DNA of 63,666 bases, counting the filler, from Thraustochytrium aureum (lineage: Eukaryota), in NCBI GenBank assembly GCA_012862495.1. It is 11 parts of 9 records of this genome, joined end to end, with 100 filler letters (N's around TTAATTAATTAA, not from the genome) between each part and the next. Parts side by side here need not be neighbours in the genome. Positions count along the whole stretch, not along the records: positions 1 to 26,875 come from BLSG01000062.1; 10 more parts are not named here. One strand, given 5' to 3'. The notes beneath the pieces are model-generated. The model was not told the origin of the DNA. It searched no databases and saw nothing but the letters and a program-made list of their open reading frames with translations. Positions 11,332 to 24,607 of this stretch are shown piece by piece. The first letter of the stretch is position 1. Each line of letters starts with the position of its first letter. The position numbers and the translations under genes are program-made.

Positions 11332-14300
11332 TCAACTTGCAGCTGTGGGTGGCGCCGGCCGCAACTCGGCCTGGGGGCAGGCCCGCTTGCCAAACGAGCT
11401 TCCACCCCGCCTCTCTACGGCATCTACAGATTGCGTAGTTGCAGAGGCAGATGCGAACACGCGCGACCACCACTGCTGCGGCGCCTCCGACGACACCGAA
11501 GCTGGAGCATCGTGGGTGCGCGATGCGCGTGCCGCTTGAATAAGAGAGAACGGCAGGGATCCTTCGGCGAGGTCCTGGTACGTCGCGAGTCCGCCCGACT
11601 CGCGCAGCGCCGTGTCGAGGTACAACACCATAGCTGTGAGTGGAAGCTCGCGGAACTGCGACGAGCGCGACATCTCGAGCACCAGACTCGCACCCGACTG
11701 AACGTGGTCCACAAAGGCTTTGCCTAGGTCGCCCAGCCACAGCGCGGCGGTGCTTGCCTGATAGCGCATCTCAAGAGAGACAGGGAGCGCCGCCGCGAGT
11801 ATGGTTCGCATCGCCAGCGGCGCAACATGAACATTGTTTGCGTGCGCCTCGAGACCGGGGACGATCTCTGCAGTTCGCCACGCGTCGTGCGCCATGGACG
11901 CTGAGAGTGCAAAGGGGAGGAGGTCCCAGAGCCCAGCCGCGCCATCGCTAATCATAATTGGAGCGAGGACCGCGCGCAGCGCATGGTCGACCAGCCCACT
12001 GTCTTGCCGAGCGCCGCAGTTGCTTGCCAGGGCATCGAGTCGCTCCGTCTCGCAGGCTTTGTCTGCAGCCCCGCTTGTGACTGAGACGTCGCGAAGCGCT
12101 CCGCGGCGCACAGAGTCTGACGGTGATTGTCGCGCAAGAGTAGAGTACATTGCATGGGCCTGGCGAACGGTGCTGTGCAGTTCGGGTGCCATGAGTTCGA
12201 CCTGTCTCGCGAGCGCGCGGCAGAGCATGCCGCGCATCTCGAGCGCGTTACCAGCCGTAATTAGGCAGCCAATCACCGTAACCGCCTCTGGTACAGCCAG
12301 CGCAGCAGCGAGCAGGGCTTGCGCATCGCTGCTCAAGTGCGCGGCTCGGACCGCGTCAAGGGCAGCCTCGTTCTCGCGGAGCACTGCTAGCACGCGCTTG
12401 GCCTGGCTCGCAACAATGGCGACCAAGTGACGGTCGACCACTTGCAAGCCGCGAGGCCCCACGAGCTCGACCAGCCCCTCAACCTCGTGCTCGCAGAGCC
12501 ACGATTCGGCGTCGAGCAGCTCGACATCTCCCAGCAAGGGTATGCGACGCGTGGCGCGCAGCTTGGGTTGCAACTCCCGAACGCGAACAAAGCCGCCGGC
12601 GTGGGCGCTAAACACGATCCCAGGCATGCCTAAGCCTTGGTGGCTTCCAGGGGGCGCCCATGATGGGCTGCTCGTGCTGCGCCCTGCAATGACCTTGACC
12701 TGGATTCCGTCCCTCCGAGCGCTCGTGACCGAGTCGGCGTCCACGCCGGCATTCGCATAACCCCTTGAGCGGCGCTTGAAATCCTGGCTGCCTTCTTCAA
12801 GACCGCGGCCTGGGCCGGAGCCTGGCCCGCTTGCAGGGGCAGGTTTGGGTATCGTGCACGTGCCTTGCAGCCTCACCTGTGCTCTCTTGCCAAGCGCAAG
12901 CGCACCCGCGCTTGTCGCCTGCCCCAGATTCGCCGCGACTTTGGACGTTTCCCCCGCTGCGGCCTGCTCAGGATCTGCGCGAAACGAGGACCCGGGTGAC
13001 GATCCACCTGTGAACTGCACCAAACCAGCGCCATCGAGGCTCGAAGCGAGGGTGTTCTCGATAAAATGCCCAAGCCAACCGCCCAGCGTGTCGCTGAGCG
13101 TAGGTCTGCACTTCGGCGAGCTGGATGCCGCGGTGCCAGNNNNNNNNNNNNNNNNNNNNNNNNNNNNNNNNNNNNNNNNNNNNNNNNNNNNNNNNNNNNN
13201 NNNNNNNNNNNNNNNNNNNNNNNNNNNNNNNNNNNNNNNNNNNNNNNNNNNNNNNNNNNNNNNNNNNNNNNNNNNNNNNNNNNNNNNNNNNNNNNNNNNN
13301 NNNNNNNNNNNNNNNNNNNNNNNNNNNNNNNNNNNNNNNNNNNNNNNNNNNNNNNNNNNNNNNNNNNNNNNNNNNNNNNNNNNNNNNNNNNNNNNNNNNN
13401 NNNNNNNNNNNNNNNNNNNNNNNNNNNNNNNNNNNNNNNNNNNNNNNNNNNNNNNNNNNNNNNNNNNNNNNNNNNNNNNNNNNNNNNNNNNNNNNNTCGA
13501 CGTGGCATGGCTCAACGCATGGGCGTGGATATGGGCCTGTGCGGCTGTCTTGAGCGCCTCCGTGGGTGTGGCGTCCATGGCTGCATCCCGTTGAACACTT
13601 GAGCCACCGCCCTGCTGCATCAGAACGCGTCGCACTGTCGTCGCGAGGTCGATGCCGGCGCACTGCGCGACCAGCGTGGCAACTTGGAGGGCCGAACGAA
13701 TGTGAGCGAGCATGTCTGAAGGTCGCGCAACCATGCAAGGCAGCTTGGCAAAAGGGATCGCGCGGCGCACTTGGTCGTACAGCCAATCCTCGATATTGCT
13801 GGCGACGAGGCGACGGGGGGCGATCACTTGTTTGCCAGCGTACACAAGGTCTTCGCCACCAGTCGTGAGGCTCCCGACGTGGCAGAGCGCCTGCGCCAAC
13901 GCGACGGTTTGGCGTTTCAGGTGCTCCAGGGCTTCGATGCTGGTGGCGTTCTCCAAGCGGCTCTCCACGCCTGGGGTGCAATACTTGAGCTTGAAGCTGC
14001 CGCTTTTCGCCCTGTGTTTGGAAGAAAAGCTGTCAGACCCCATGGAACTCGGCCTGGTTATGGATGAGATGCTTAGTCGGCTAGCCGCAGCTCCAAGTGC
14101 ACTTGACGTCTGGGCCTGCGCCTGCTGCCTTGACTTGTGGTCCTCGCCGGGGTCCACTTCGGCGGATACCTCCTGCTCGCCCTGCTTTTGGGCTCGCCGC
14201 ACAAACTTGTGCTTGAGAACCTTTGCGGCCATGATAGGCCTCAGCGGGTCGACCAAGATCGCTTTCTGGGCAACGAGAAGGGTAGTCATGAGTTCGTCCA

Positions 14301-16613
14301 GCCGAGCGACAGCCCGCGCGATCCGCGCGGAGGCTGTCCGTTGCGCATTTTCCGTAATCCAAGCAGCTTCCTGCGGTTCGAACCGATGCAGCGCCAGCTC
14401 GGCGTCGCGGAGAACAAGAATGAGGCTCACCGCCGCTCCCGGGCCCGCTGCGTCAGTCGCCCCGAGCCCCGGCTGGGCGTTCAGCATGTCCGAAAAGGCT
14501 GAGTCAGTGGCACCCTCGAAAAATGTGACTGCGTCGAGAGAGGCATATCGTTTTAGAGCGCCGAAGAGGTTGCTCTTCAGTTCGATGTGCATTTCAACGA
14601 GAGCAATGCGCTCGAGCGCCGTGCTGCGCCATGTGGCGACGGCTGCCCCCTCTGGGACGATTTGCCTGCTGCATGCACCTTGCATTGCGTCCCCGCCGAG
14701 AATCAGCACCGCTGCTTTGCGGCACAGAGCAAGAATTTTGGAGTCTTCATCCTTGCTTGAAATGCACTCTTCGAGCTCGGCGAGCGGCGCGGCACACTCT
14801 TCGAGTAGCTCGCTGGCCGAGCAGCCCAGTGTTGCAAGCTCGTCGCGGAGGGCTCTTATGGAGCCTGGGTTGGTCTCGTACAGGCTCTCAGCGCTGTACG
14901 CAGCCACGACAAAGTCGTATTTAAGGATGACCGAGACGAGCCGGAGGTGAGCGCGCACAAGTTGTCCGATGCGTGGGTCCTTGAACTTGGCGGGATCGTA
15001 CTTTGCCCCCGATCCAGTGATGCTGCCGAGCATTGAGCTCGTAACGCGTGGCGGGGAGCACTGCCCAGGGTAGTGCCGAAAGTAGGCCAAAATCTCCCGA
15101 CGCGACACAGAAAGCGCGGCCAGCGCCAGGGAAATCTTCGGCCCTAAAATGCCTGGCATGTCTACAGCAGCGCGCCAGATGTTGTCGAGCGCGTTGATGA
15201 TGTGCAGGCGGGCGCGCGCGCGCGTGCCGCCGAGGTTTGCGACTGCCGCCTCCGACGCCTCGCAAACCGCACGCCGCAGCTTGGCAGATGCTTGTGCGGC
15301 CTCAGTGGGGCTCATGCCTAAGTGCTCGAGCTGCTCTTTGCGCGGGAAGGACGAGAAGAGCGCTTGGAACTGGTCGTGGATCATGATGGACGTCCCTCGG
15401 TGGACTCCCAATACAAACGTATCGGCGAGAACAGCCTGCAAGAGCCCAACAAGTGTTTCGTCGCCTTGCTCGGCCTCGTTTGGCGACGTCATGGCTTGGG
15501 CGGTAGCGGTTGTGGTAGCGCAAGGCGCTTGATGATCCAAGGACCGTGCGCTTTGGAGGAGCGTCATTGGGCAGCACATGATGCCAAAACAGACCCAGTG
15601 CTGCGCTTCCTCCGCAGTCATGTATGGCAGAACGGTGCGAACGTCNNNNNNNNNNNNNNNNNNNNNNNNNNNNNNNNNNNNNNNNNNNNNNNNNNNNNNN
15701 NNNNNNNNNNNNNNNNNNNNNNNNNNNNNNNNNNNNNNNNNNNNNNNNNNNNNNNNNNNNNNNNNNNNNNNNNNNNNNNNNNNNNNNNNNNNNNNNNNNN
15801 NNNNNNNNNNNNNNNNNNNNNNNNNNNNNNNNNNNNNNNNNNNNNNNNNNNNNNNNNNNNNNNNNNNNNNNNNNNNNNNNNNNNNNNNNNNNNNNNNNNN
15901 NNNNNNNNNNNNNNNNNNNNNNNNNNNCTTTGTGGACAGCGTGCGCGTGTTGCTGGCGGCCAGGTACGACGGCGCGATACTGAGCAGCGCGCTCCGTACG
16001 GTCGCGGTCAGTGCCACGTTGGTGGCGAGCTCGTCCTGCGCCATGCGAACCGCGTTGTCGTTGAGAGAGATTAAGTAGCAGCTTAGCTCGAGAAAGCGGT
16101 CCTGTTCCTCCTTGGCGCGCTGCGGGTTGGCGCTGGCACGGTACTCGGCCGTGGCGGCTGTTGCGTAGAGCGCGGCAGCGAGCTTGGTGTCTTTGAGGGC
16201 GGCGAGCTGGACCTGGACCTGGACATACTTTGTGAGCAGGCGGAGGATGCCCCATACGACTTGCGACACGCCGGCATACATTGGAATGTCTCGTAGGATC
16301 ATCGCGGACTGGTTGAGCAGGGACAAGGCGGTCTGCTTGAACCGAAGTACGCCAACCATGGCCATGTATGGTTCGCGCAGCTCGGCGGCGAGAGCAGCGC
16401 TCTCGTGGCGAAACTTGTCGCTGCCGCGCCCCTTGCCAATGTCGCCATGCGGGAACTTTCGTTCCAAGGTCTTGCGAATCTTCTCAAAGGCCGGCTCGCT
16501 CAGCGCGGTGGGGGCTGCTTAGCCCAGGCGCGCTGGATGTGGTGGAGCCGAGCCTGGAGGCCCTGCGCGACGTCCTCGAGCGTCGCTAGGCGGTCGGCAA
16601 ACTTGGCGGCCAT
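11332..16613 (-). CDS. NCKAP1: Nck-associated protein 1 (NCKAP1/Nap1/HEM, WAVE regulatory complex), two N gaps and one homopolymer frameshift
   Basis: MAAKFADRLATLEDVAQGLQARLHHI..FEKIRKTLERKFP parallels the HEM N-terminus; also WVCFGIMCCP, PGILGPKISLAL, LVELVGPRGL and LEAHANNVH. Adding one base to G5 at 16510-16514 joins the frames. Confidence 0.85.
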
Positions 16614-17047
16614 CGTCTGCAAGATCGCGCTTCAGAAGCACGGGGGCGCGGTCACGTCGCCTCGCGCGTAGAGATGGGATTCCTGGCCCTTGGTAACGAG
16701 GCTGGGGGAAAGGGTCTGGTTTGTGACTGCCATGGGCTAGCGCCGTTGTTCGGGCTGCGCGGTCTGCGGTGTCGGTCGGTGAGCGACGACCCCAGGAGCT
16801 AACAAGTTTTGAAAACAAAAAGCGGCGGTCCTTGTCCTTGTCGCATGCCGTTCGAGCGGGCCGCTTGTGAGTGCATCCGCAGAGGGGGCAGCCTCCCCGG
16901 TTGGTCAATCACTGGCGGAGTGGGGTGCTCTTCGTGCGGACGAACATTGGAACCGGTTCTTTGTCCGACTAGGTGACATCACACCGATCATGGCGCGCCA
17001 AAGCGCCGTGTCGCGCGCAAAGAGAATTGAAGGCAGGCGCCGTCCGC

Positions 17048-18411
17048 TCAGAGGAGGCCCTGGCGCTTGAGGTCCATGTAGGTCTTTTTCGAGTAGACGT
17101 TCCCCTGCGCGTCCTCGACCTGCTCGCGCTCGTCGTTGTCAAACCCCAGCTCTTGCACTGCCCCGCGGAGCTTGGCGTACAGGGCCCTCGCCTCTTCGAT
17201 CTTGGTGATGTCGTGAAAGTGCTTTGTGTTTGGGATCCCGAGGAGGCGCATACCGTGGGCGTGGCGCCACTCTTGGAAGTGGCGGTCAAAGGCCCTGCGA
17301 CCCCAGTAGCTATGGTTGCCACAGATCTCGCACTGGTACTCCACCCCGAGCCCATGCAGCTTGTAGAGCCAGAGCGGGATGGGTTTGCCGTCATAGTCGA
17401 GCGGGAGGTTGAGNNNNNNNNNNNNNNNNNNNNNNNNNNNNNNNNNNNNNNNNNNNNNNNNNNNNNNNNNNNNNNNNNNNNNNNNNNNNNNNNNNNNNNN
17501 NNNNNNNNNNNNNNNNNNNNNNNNNNNNNNNNNNNNNNNNNNNNNNNNNNNNNNNNNNNNNNNNNNNNNNNNNNNNNNNNNNNNNNNNNNNNNNNNNNNN
17601 NNNNNNNNNNNNNNNNNNNNNNNNNNNNNNNNNNNNNNNNNNNNNNNNNNNNNNNNNNNNNNNNNNNNNNNNNNNNNNNNNNNNNNNNNNNNNNNNNNNN
17701 NNNNNNNNNNNNNNNNNNNNNNNNNNNNNNNNNNNNNNNNNNNNNNNNNNNNNNNNNNNNNNNNNNNNNNNNNNNNNNNNNNNNNNNNNNNNNNNNNNNN
17801 NNNNNNNNNNNNNNNNNNNNNNNNNNNNNNNNNNNNNNNNNNCTGGCGAGGTCGCCAAGGCGCGACAGATAGTCGAGGTATGATGGCCTCGCTTCGTCTG
17901 GGCCCAACGCGCAGTTCAAGTACGTTGCGTACTGCGCGTGAAGGTCGAGGTGCTTGCCGTGCCGCTCTTCGCCGCTCCAGGTGGGCGTCTGGGAGGCGCG
18001 GGCGCGGCAGGCGGCGAGCACGTCAATCTGCCCGGGGTCGTCAGGGTACTTTGCAAAGTGTTCGGTAGCTCGCCTCCACTCGGCGTAAAACCCTTCGAGC
18101 CCTTCTGCTTGCACGCGCGCTCGCTCGCTCTCCACCATGCTCTCCAGGCTCGCGACGGCGGCCGGCGGATCTTCCATCTCGCCCGTCAAAGGCTTTCCAT
18201 GCCCTGCCGCGCTCGGCCCGTTTCGGGCACCCTTGTGGACCACCTTGCCAGCAACCGCGTGTGCTTCGTCGAGAAGGCGCGCCATCTGAAAATCGAGGTT
18301 GATCTTCCGTAGCGCATTCCCACTGCGCCCTTCATTCTTCTCGCGCAGAGCGGCCGCCACGGCCAATTCGATGCCCTCCAGCTCTTCGAGCGTCGCCCGC
18401 GCCGCCTCCAT
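17048..18411 (-). CDS. SF3A3: splicing factor 3A subunit 3 (Prp9), gapped
   Basis: [91 protein letters not shown]. Confidence 0.95.
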
Positions 18412-18635
18412 CGCAGCACGACCCTGATCCGAGTCTGTCACTCCGCTGCGCCTTGCCAATGTTGCCATCCATAATTGCCACCAGCCAGCGACCCGCGCGC
18501 CCCCCGGGAAATCTACCAATAATCGCCCCTTTCTGCAGCGGTAGTTTGGGCCAATAATTACTCCGGAGGATTTTCAATTATTTGTGGACCAGTCCGAGTG
18601 CCCTCGCTGCGAGCTCGAGCGTGCCTCGCAAGGCA

Positions 18636-19430
18636 GCCAAGACTCTCGCAAGACAGCACCGGCCAAGACTCTTGCAAGACAGCACCGGCGGCGCCAAGAC
18701 TCTCGCAAGCCAGCACCGGCGGCCGCAAGTCAGCACCCGCCAAGACTCTCGCAAGACAGCGCCGGCGGCGCCAGCTCCAGCCCCGGCGCCAGCAGCTCCA
18801 GCTCCAGCTCCAGCAGCTCCAGCTCCAGCTCCAGCAGCTCCAGCTCCAGCTCCAGTGGCAGCTCCAGCCCCAGCGGCCGCAAGTCAGTACCAGCAGCTCC
18901 AGCTCCAGCCCCAGCGGAAGCAGCTCCAGCTCCAGTGGCAGCTCCAGCGGCAGCAGCTCCAGCCCCAACGGCGACAGCTCCAGTGGCAGCTCCAGTTGGC
19001 GATCACCACCCCGTGGGAGCAGGTACCGCAGCAGTGGCAGCAGCAACGGGAGCCGGCCAAGTCACCTTGTGTACTTGGCAGCAGCGGTTGCACAAGAAGC
19101 AAGAGCAGCTGCAGGACTCGGCCAACTCTCCGTGTTGCAGCGCTTGCAGGAGCAGCTGCTGCAGGAGTTGATCATCTCAACTGGTGTAGTTTGCAAGCGT
19201 TGCAGCGCTTGCAGAAGCAACGAGAGCAGCAGCAGGGCTCGGCCAACGCACCTTGTGCAGACGTGGCAGCGCTTGCAGGAGCTCGTCATCACTTGGTGTG
19301 CAAGCAAGTACTGCAGCCTCAGCCAACTGCTGCAGGAGCTGGTCATCTCGCCTTGCATAAATAGCAAGCGTTGCACCGCTGTGCAGACTCTGCAGGAGTT
19401 GATCATCGCTTCGTGTGCAAGCCAGCTGGG
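18636..19430. repeat. composite low-complexity repeat block between divergent SF3A3 and HAUS5
   Basis: Four copies of ccaagactctcgcaag(a/c)cagc (one variant), then (CAGCTC)n runs, then four gcaggag(t/c)t..tcatc units at 19161, 19275, 19332 and 19392. Confidence 0.8.
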
Positions 19431-19522
19431 AGGCGGTTGTCGGCGTCCATACTGGCGTCCTCAGAGCTGCGTTTAGCTGGATTCGGTTTGGTCAGCCAGC
19501 CGCTCAACAAGGCGGTGGCACG

Positions 19523-21084
19523 ATGGTGGTCGAGGGAGGGAGAACGGGACGAAGGCGCCAAGGGCTTGCTGCGAGCGAGACAACCACAGAACGCGTCGAA
19601 GCGTGGCTCGGAAGACGAGGCGCGGGAGGCGCCGCGTATGTACCGCGCGGACAGTTTGCGCGGATAGACGCACCTAGTAAAAGCGACATCGCCCTCCTAT
19701 GCCGTGGCCGCAAGGCGGAAGGGGTGCTGCAGTGGCTCTGTGACAACGTGCGAGACCAGGACTACGTGGCACGCGTCAAAGCAAATGCACAGCTCGAGCT
19801 GGCGCAAGAGGACGCAGAGGAAGGTGGCGCCGGGACGGAAGCGTCTGGAAGCGATCGCGCGGCGGAATCGAAAGCCAAGCGGCCGCTGGCCTGGAGGTCG
19901 CCGTGCTCGAGAGGGAGTGCGCCGAGCTGCTCGACCAGCTCAAGACGCTGACGGCGGAAGAGGCAGCCGATGCAGCCGGCATCGACGCCGTGCTAGAGGA
20001 GACACGCAGGGTAGACGAGCTTGCACGAGCTACTTGCAAGGCACTCGAGGAGCTCGACGGGCTAGCAAACGGGTCCGAAATAGCAAGTGAAACTGCGCCG
20101 CTAGAAGAGGAGGCCATCCTGTCCCTCGCTCGGGCCGCGGACGCCTCGTCAAAGTCAAAGTGGGCTGCTTCCGAGCTCCCAGAGAGCACAGATGGCCCGC
20201 AAGCTTCAAAGAGTGAGCAGACCGCCCTCGAGAGGGAGATTGGCCAGTTCGTGCGCATGGCCCTCGAAGCGCGCCTCCTAAACGAGGGGCTAGAGGAAGA
20301 CGTAAGTCGCGCCGTTCAAGGTGCGACACTAGACAAGGCCACGCTGGCGAGAATCGGCAGCGCCGCTGCACTGGCTGAAGCGCACGCCTTACTCGAGCGC
20401 CTCACCGAGGAAGCGAGCTGTCTGGATGCCTCGCGCGAGGCAGCAGCATCGGCGAAGGCGCAAGCGGAGCGGGCAAGCTCGGAGTTTGATTTCGCGGTGC
20501 ATGCCTCGCACGAGCTGCAACACACAGCGGCGCGCCTCATTGGCGAGGCGGACGGAATCGCGCAGATCGCACAAGCCCTCGCTCGGGGCAAGGTGGAGTC
20601 GCGAGCAGATGCGACGCGGCGGGCAGCTCGCTCTGCAAATGCCGCCCTTAGCGAGGCCTGCTTTGCTCTGGCTCGACGTCGTTCTGCGGACAAGTTTCCA
20701 AATTCATCGAGCGAGCGAGCCTCGCCGGAAGCGAGTTTGGTCTTCTCGCTGGCCCCACGCCGGTGCGCGAGCGACGAGCTTTCTGCTTGGCAGCGCAGAG
20801 TAAACGAGGCGGAGCTTGTCAAAGTAGAAGCAGCGCTCGCAGCGCTTGACAAACAGCGCTGCGTCGCAGCTGAGAGCGAGGCCCTCGAGGCGAGGACTGC
20901 GCTCGAGGACCTTGCACGCCGCTCACGCGAGGCGGCGGATGAGCGGGTCCCAGAGGTTCAGAAAACGATAGAGGCGACGCGCCAAGCTGTTCTCAGCTGG
21001 TGGGAGCTGCCTGGCCAGCATTCTTGCGACGGCGTGCTGACCGTCGGAGGGCAGACGCTGAAAGACTACTTGGCTCATATTTGA
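19523..21084 (+). CDS. HAUS5: HAUS augmin-like complex subunit 5, apparent frameshift near 19890
   Basis: N-terminal LCRGRKAEGVLQWLCDNVR..VARVKAN and C-terminal SWWELPGQHS..LTVGGQTL match the HAUS5 end motifs, with coiled coil between. Confidence 0.75.
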
Positions 21085-22183
21085 TGATGTGGCCAGGGCT
21101 GGTGGGGCTGGGTTTCCGTTCGAGTCCAAAGCGNNNNNNNNNNNNNNNNNNNNNNNNNNNNNNNNNNNNNNNNNNNNNNNNNNNNNNNNNNNNNNNNNNN
21201 NNNNNNNNNNNNNNNNNNNNNNNNNNNNNNNNNNNNNNNNNNNNNNNNNNNNNNNNNNNNNNNNNNNNNNNNNNNNNNNNNNNNNNNNNNNNNNNNNNNN
21301 NNNNNNNNNNNNNNNNNNNNNNNNNNNNNNNNNNNNNNAGTCCAAAGCGAGTCCAAGGCTCGCTCTCGAACAACATCGCAGTGCGGCCCGCAGGGAAAGC
21401 GTTGAGCCGTACGAGCACGCAGTTTGTGATGAAGGGAATGCAGTGTCAGCTCCACCATGCCGGGGTGCGTCCGTACTTTCTCTTGTTATCTACAAGAGTT
21501 GGCTTGCATTGATGCCGTCGATGATCGGTTGGGCTGCCAGTTTAGCTGAAGACTGCCGCGTTGGTCAGCCTGAAACGGGCCATCCCTGCGCGACAGAAGC
21601 CGCGTGCGGTAGAGACCCTAGACCGGTCCCGTAAGGACTGGAACCGCAACCAAAAGTGCCTGAAGATGGCGAAGACGCTGGCGAACGACGGCCTTCCGAG
21701 GTTGGCACGAGGCGTTCGCGACCTTTTGCTTTTGCAGGTACTCTCCACATGCAACCAAAACATAGATAGATACAAATGAGGCCGAACCCGCTGCGCGCTC
21801 GTTCCTTGTCTCGCTCTACTACGTTGGCGTCGGCAAGTGAATTGGCGCTGCATTCAACCGATCTGGACGACGTTGAAAGCGAGGCGTGTGGGAGATGAGC
21901 CAGAGCGGAGTGCTTGCTCGTTTCTTATCACAACTCACCGCCACGCAGTGACAGCAGGGTCACCGACAAAGTCGAACGAGTACTGCAGAAATGATGATTT
22001 CGTATTGACAAGCCAAGAACGCCGCACTCTGGCGGCGGTGCTCGCTCACGCAGGTTTCCCGCTTGGGCGGCGTTCGGTGGCGCAGGCGGCCGTGCACACG
22101 CAGCATTAGAGCTCGTCGAGTATGTGCTAGGTCTGCAAGTCGAACGTCTACGCCGCGGCATCCTAAGAAGGGACATGGTCAAC

Positions 22184-24607
22184 CTAGTCGTAGCTGTTGC
22201 CGCGGCGCGCGCCGCCGTTGCGAGCGTGAGCGCCGCGGCCGCCGTAGCCACCGGTTTCGCCGCGGCCGCCGTAGCCACTGGTTTCGCCGCGACCGCCGTA
22301 GCCGCCGCGCCCGCCGCGGGAACCACCACGACCACCTCCACGACCACCATATCCGCCCCCGCTCTGGCGGCCGCCATAGCTGTTTCCTTCAAAACGACCC
22401 TTGAAGCCCCGGTTGTTGCCGAAGCGGTTGTGGATCGGTGTAGCGCCCGGGACTTGATGGACTCGAAGCATGTTTGGGAGGTCGCCCACGAGGGGCTCGA
22501 TCGAACCCTGGGCGCCCTTGGACTCGGCATTCTCCTGACTGAGCAAGATGTTCGCAACTACCGGGTGCACGTCCAGCAGCGACACGGACAGATCCGAGGC
22601 AATCTCAAACCCGAGCACATAGTCTCCCTTGGCGCTGGTGACGCCCTCGATCGTCTGCAGGGAATTGAACTTTTCAGAACCCGCCTCAAGCAACGTCTGC
22701 TTGACGATCTCGTCGACGACCTCGCGGACCGACCAGTAGTCTCGGCCTGTCAACGTCTGGTGGGACCCTCTTCCAACCGGCTTGATATGGTGGCTGCGAG
22801 GGACATCCCTGAGGACGAGCGTGACGCGGTTAGCGGAGCCAGTGAGGGCACTGAAACTGTCCGCAGAGTCCCCGGATCCAGCGAGGGCAAGTGCCTTGGC
22901 GACGACGCCCGCGGCCTCTTGCTTGACGTTCTCCGGAACGGTCGCCGGGTTGCTGAGCCGGGCGACGAGGAGGTCGTAGGCCATGCTCTGGTAGTCGACC
23001 AACACAGCGTGGCTGAGAGATTCAAGGCGCTTCTCGAGGATTCCACGGCGGCGCTGGACGAGCTCGCGCATGGAGGGAATGCCGCGACGCTTGAATTGGG
23101 CCCCGCAAAACTCCTCCACGCGATAGAGCCCGTCCTTCTCACGGATGTCAAAAAGACAACGTTGCGGCCGGCACGGCCGGCGCGGCCCGTGCGGCCGGTG
23201 CGATGCACAAAGCTATCGAGGTCCAAAGGGAGCCCGTGGTGCAGAACGAGGTCGACGTTGGGGATGTCGAGTCCGCGGGCCGCTACATCGGTCGCGACGA
23301 GGCAGTTGATCTGGCCGTTGCGAAACCTGTCGAGGGTTTCTTCGCGACTCTTTTGGGACATGTCGCCGTTCATCGGAGCGCACTTGATGGGCGAGTCGCG
23401 GCTGGCGAGAGCTTGCGCGATTTCGAGCGTCTGCGACTTCATTGGGGCGAAGAGGAGGGCACGAGTACCCGGTTCGCAGTACTGCTCGAGCACGGCGGCG
23501 ATGGCAGCGTGGCGCAGGTGGGGAGCACTGGCGCAGCACATGGAGATCATCTCGATGCCATCCGGCACCTTGTTGGTCTCCTCGCCAACCAAGTCGATCA
23601 TGGTTGTATCGCGCATGTAAGTCTGCGCAATGCGGCGAACCTCGGGCGCCACCGTCGCACTAAACATGAGCGTTTGCCGGTTGTCCTTGGACGGCATCTC
23701 GTTGAAGATGGCCTCGATGTCGTTGACGAAGCCCATCTTGAGCATCTCGTCCGCCTCGTCCAGGACGGCGGTCTCGACGGCGCTGAGCCTGAGGATACCT
23801 CGCGAGATCAGGTCAAGCATGCGCCCAGGTGTTCCAACGACGACATCGGCCCCTTTGCGCAGCTCAGCCACCTGTCCGGAGATGGCTGCGCCGCCGTACA
23901 CGGACACGCACTTGACCCCGGGGGCGAGCCGAGCAATCTCCTTTTGCACCTGTAGGGCCAGCTCGCGCGTCGGCGCGACGACCACGGCGTGAGGGAGCGC
24001 ATCTGCCCTGCGATTTCCTGGGTTGGCGTCTTGCCGCTTGATGATGCGGTCCACGACCGGGAGAGCGAAGGCCATCGTCTTGCCCGAGCCGGTTCGCGAG
24101 CGCACGATCATGTCTTGGTTGTTACGAACGCTCTCGAACGTGGCGACCTGGACCGGGAATAGCTCCTTGATGCCCAGCTTCTCCAAGTGCGTCCGGAGTC
24201 TTGGGGCCAGCTGGAATTTGCTCAGGTCTCCTGAGGCCGGGGCCTCCTGCGTCGCCGGCTCGACCTCCTCGGTTGGGGCAGGCACCGAAGACTTGCCGCG
24301 AGCCGCGACGACGNNNNNNNNNNNNNNNNNNNNNNNNNNNNNNNNNNNNNNNNNNNNNNNNNNNNNNNNNNNNNNNNNNNNNNNNNNNNNNNNNNNNNNN
24401 NNNNNNNNNNNNNNNNNNNNNNNNNNNNNNNNNNNNNNNNNNNNNNNNNNNNNNNNNNNNNNNNNNNNNNNNNNNNNNNNNNNNNNNNNNNNNNNNNNNN
24501 NNNNNNNNNNNNNNNNNNNNNNNNNNNNNNNNNNNNNNNNNNNNNNNNNNNNNNNNNNNNNNNNNNNNNNNNNNNNNNNNNNNCGCGTTGCGCACGACCG
24601 CCCTCAT
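22184..24607 (-). CDS. DEAD-box RNA helicase, DDX21/RH3-like, with RGG tail; gap and homopolymer frameshift at 23150-23154
   Basis: LFPVQ, SRTGSGKT, PTRELA, TPGR, LDEAD, SAT, ATDVAARGLD, HRTGRTGRAG; C-terminal GGYGGRG repeats. Start MRAVVRNA lies before the gap and is tentative. Confidence 0.92.

Noticed and set aside
18636..18775. ~26-bp repeats resembling a CRISPR array
   Set aside because: Near-tandem with no unique spacers of constant length, no cas genes, eukaryotic context.
21122..21358. gagtccaaagc repeated on both sides of an N gap
   Set aside because: Probably a collapsed 11-bp tandem repeat or overlapping contig ends; cannot be resolved here.
16510..23154. Frequent frameshifts in essential genes, suggesting programmed frameshifting or pseudogenes
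   Set aside because: Those checked are fixed by adding one base to a homopolymer (G5 at 16510-16514 in NCKAP1, A5 at 23150-23154 in the helicase), typical of sequencing undercalls; no shared slippery motif.
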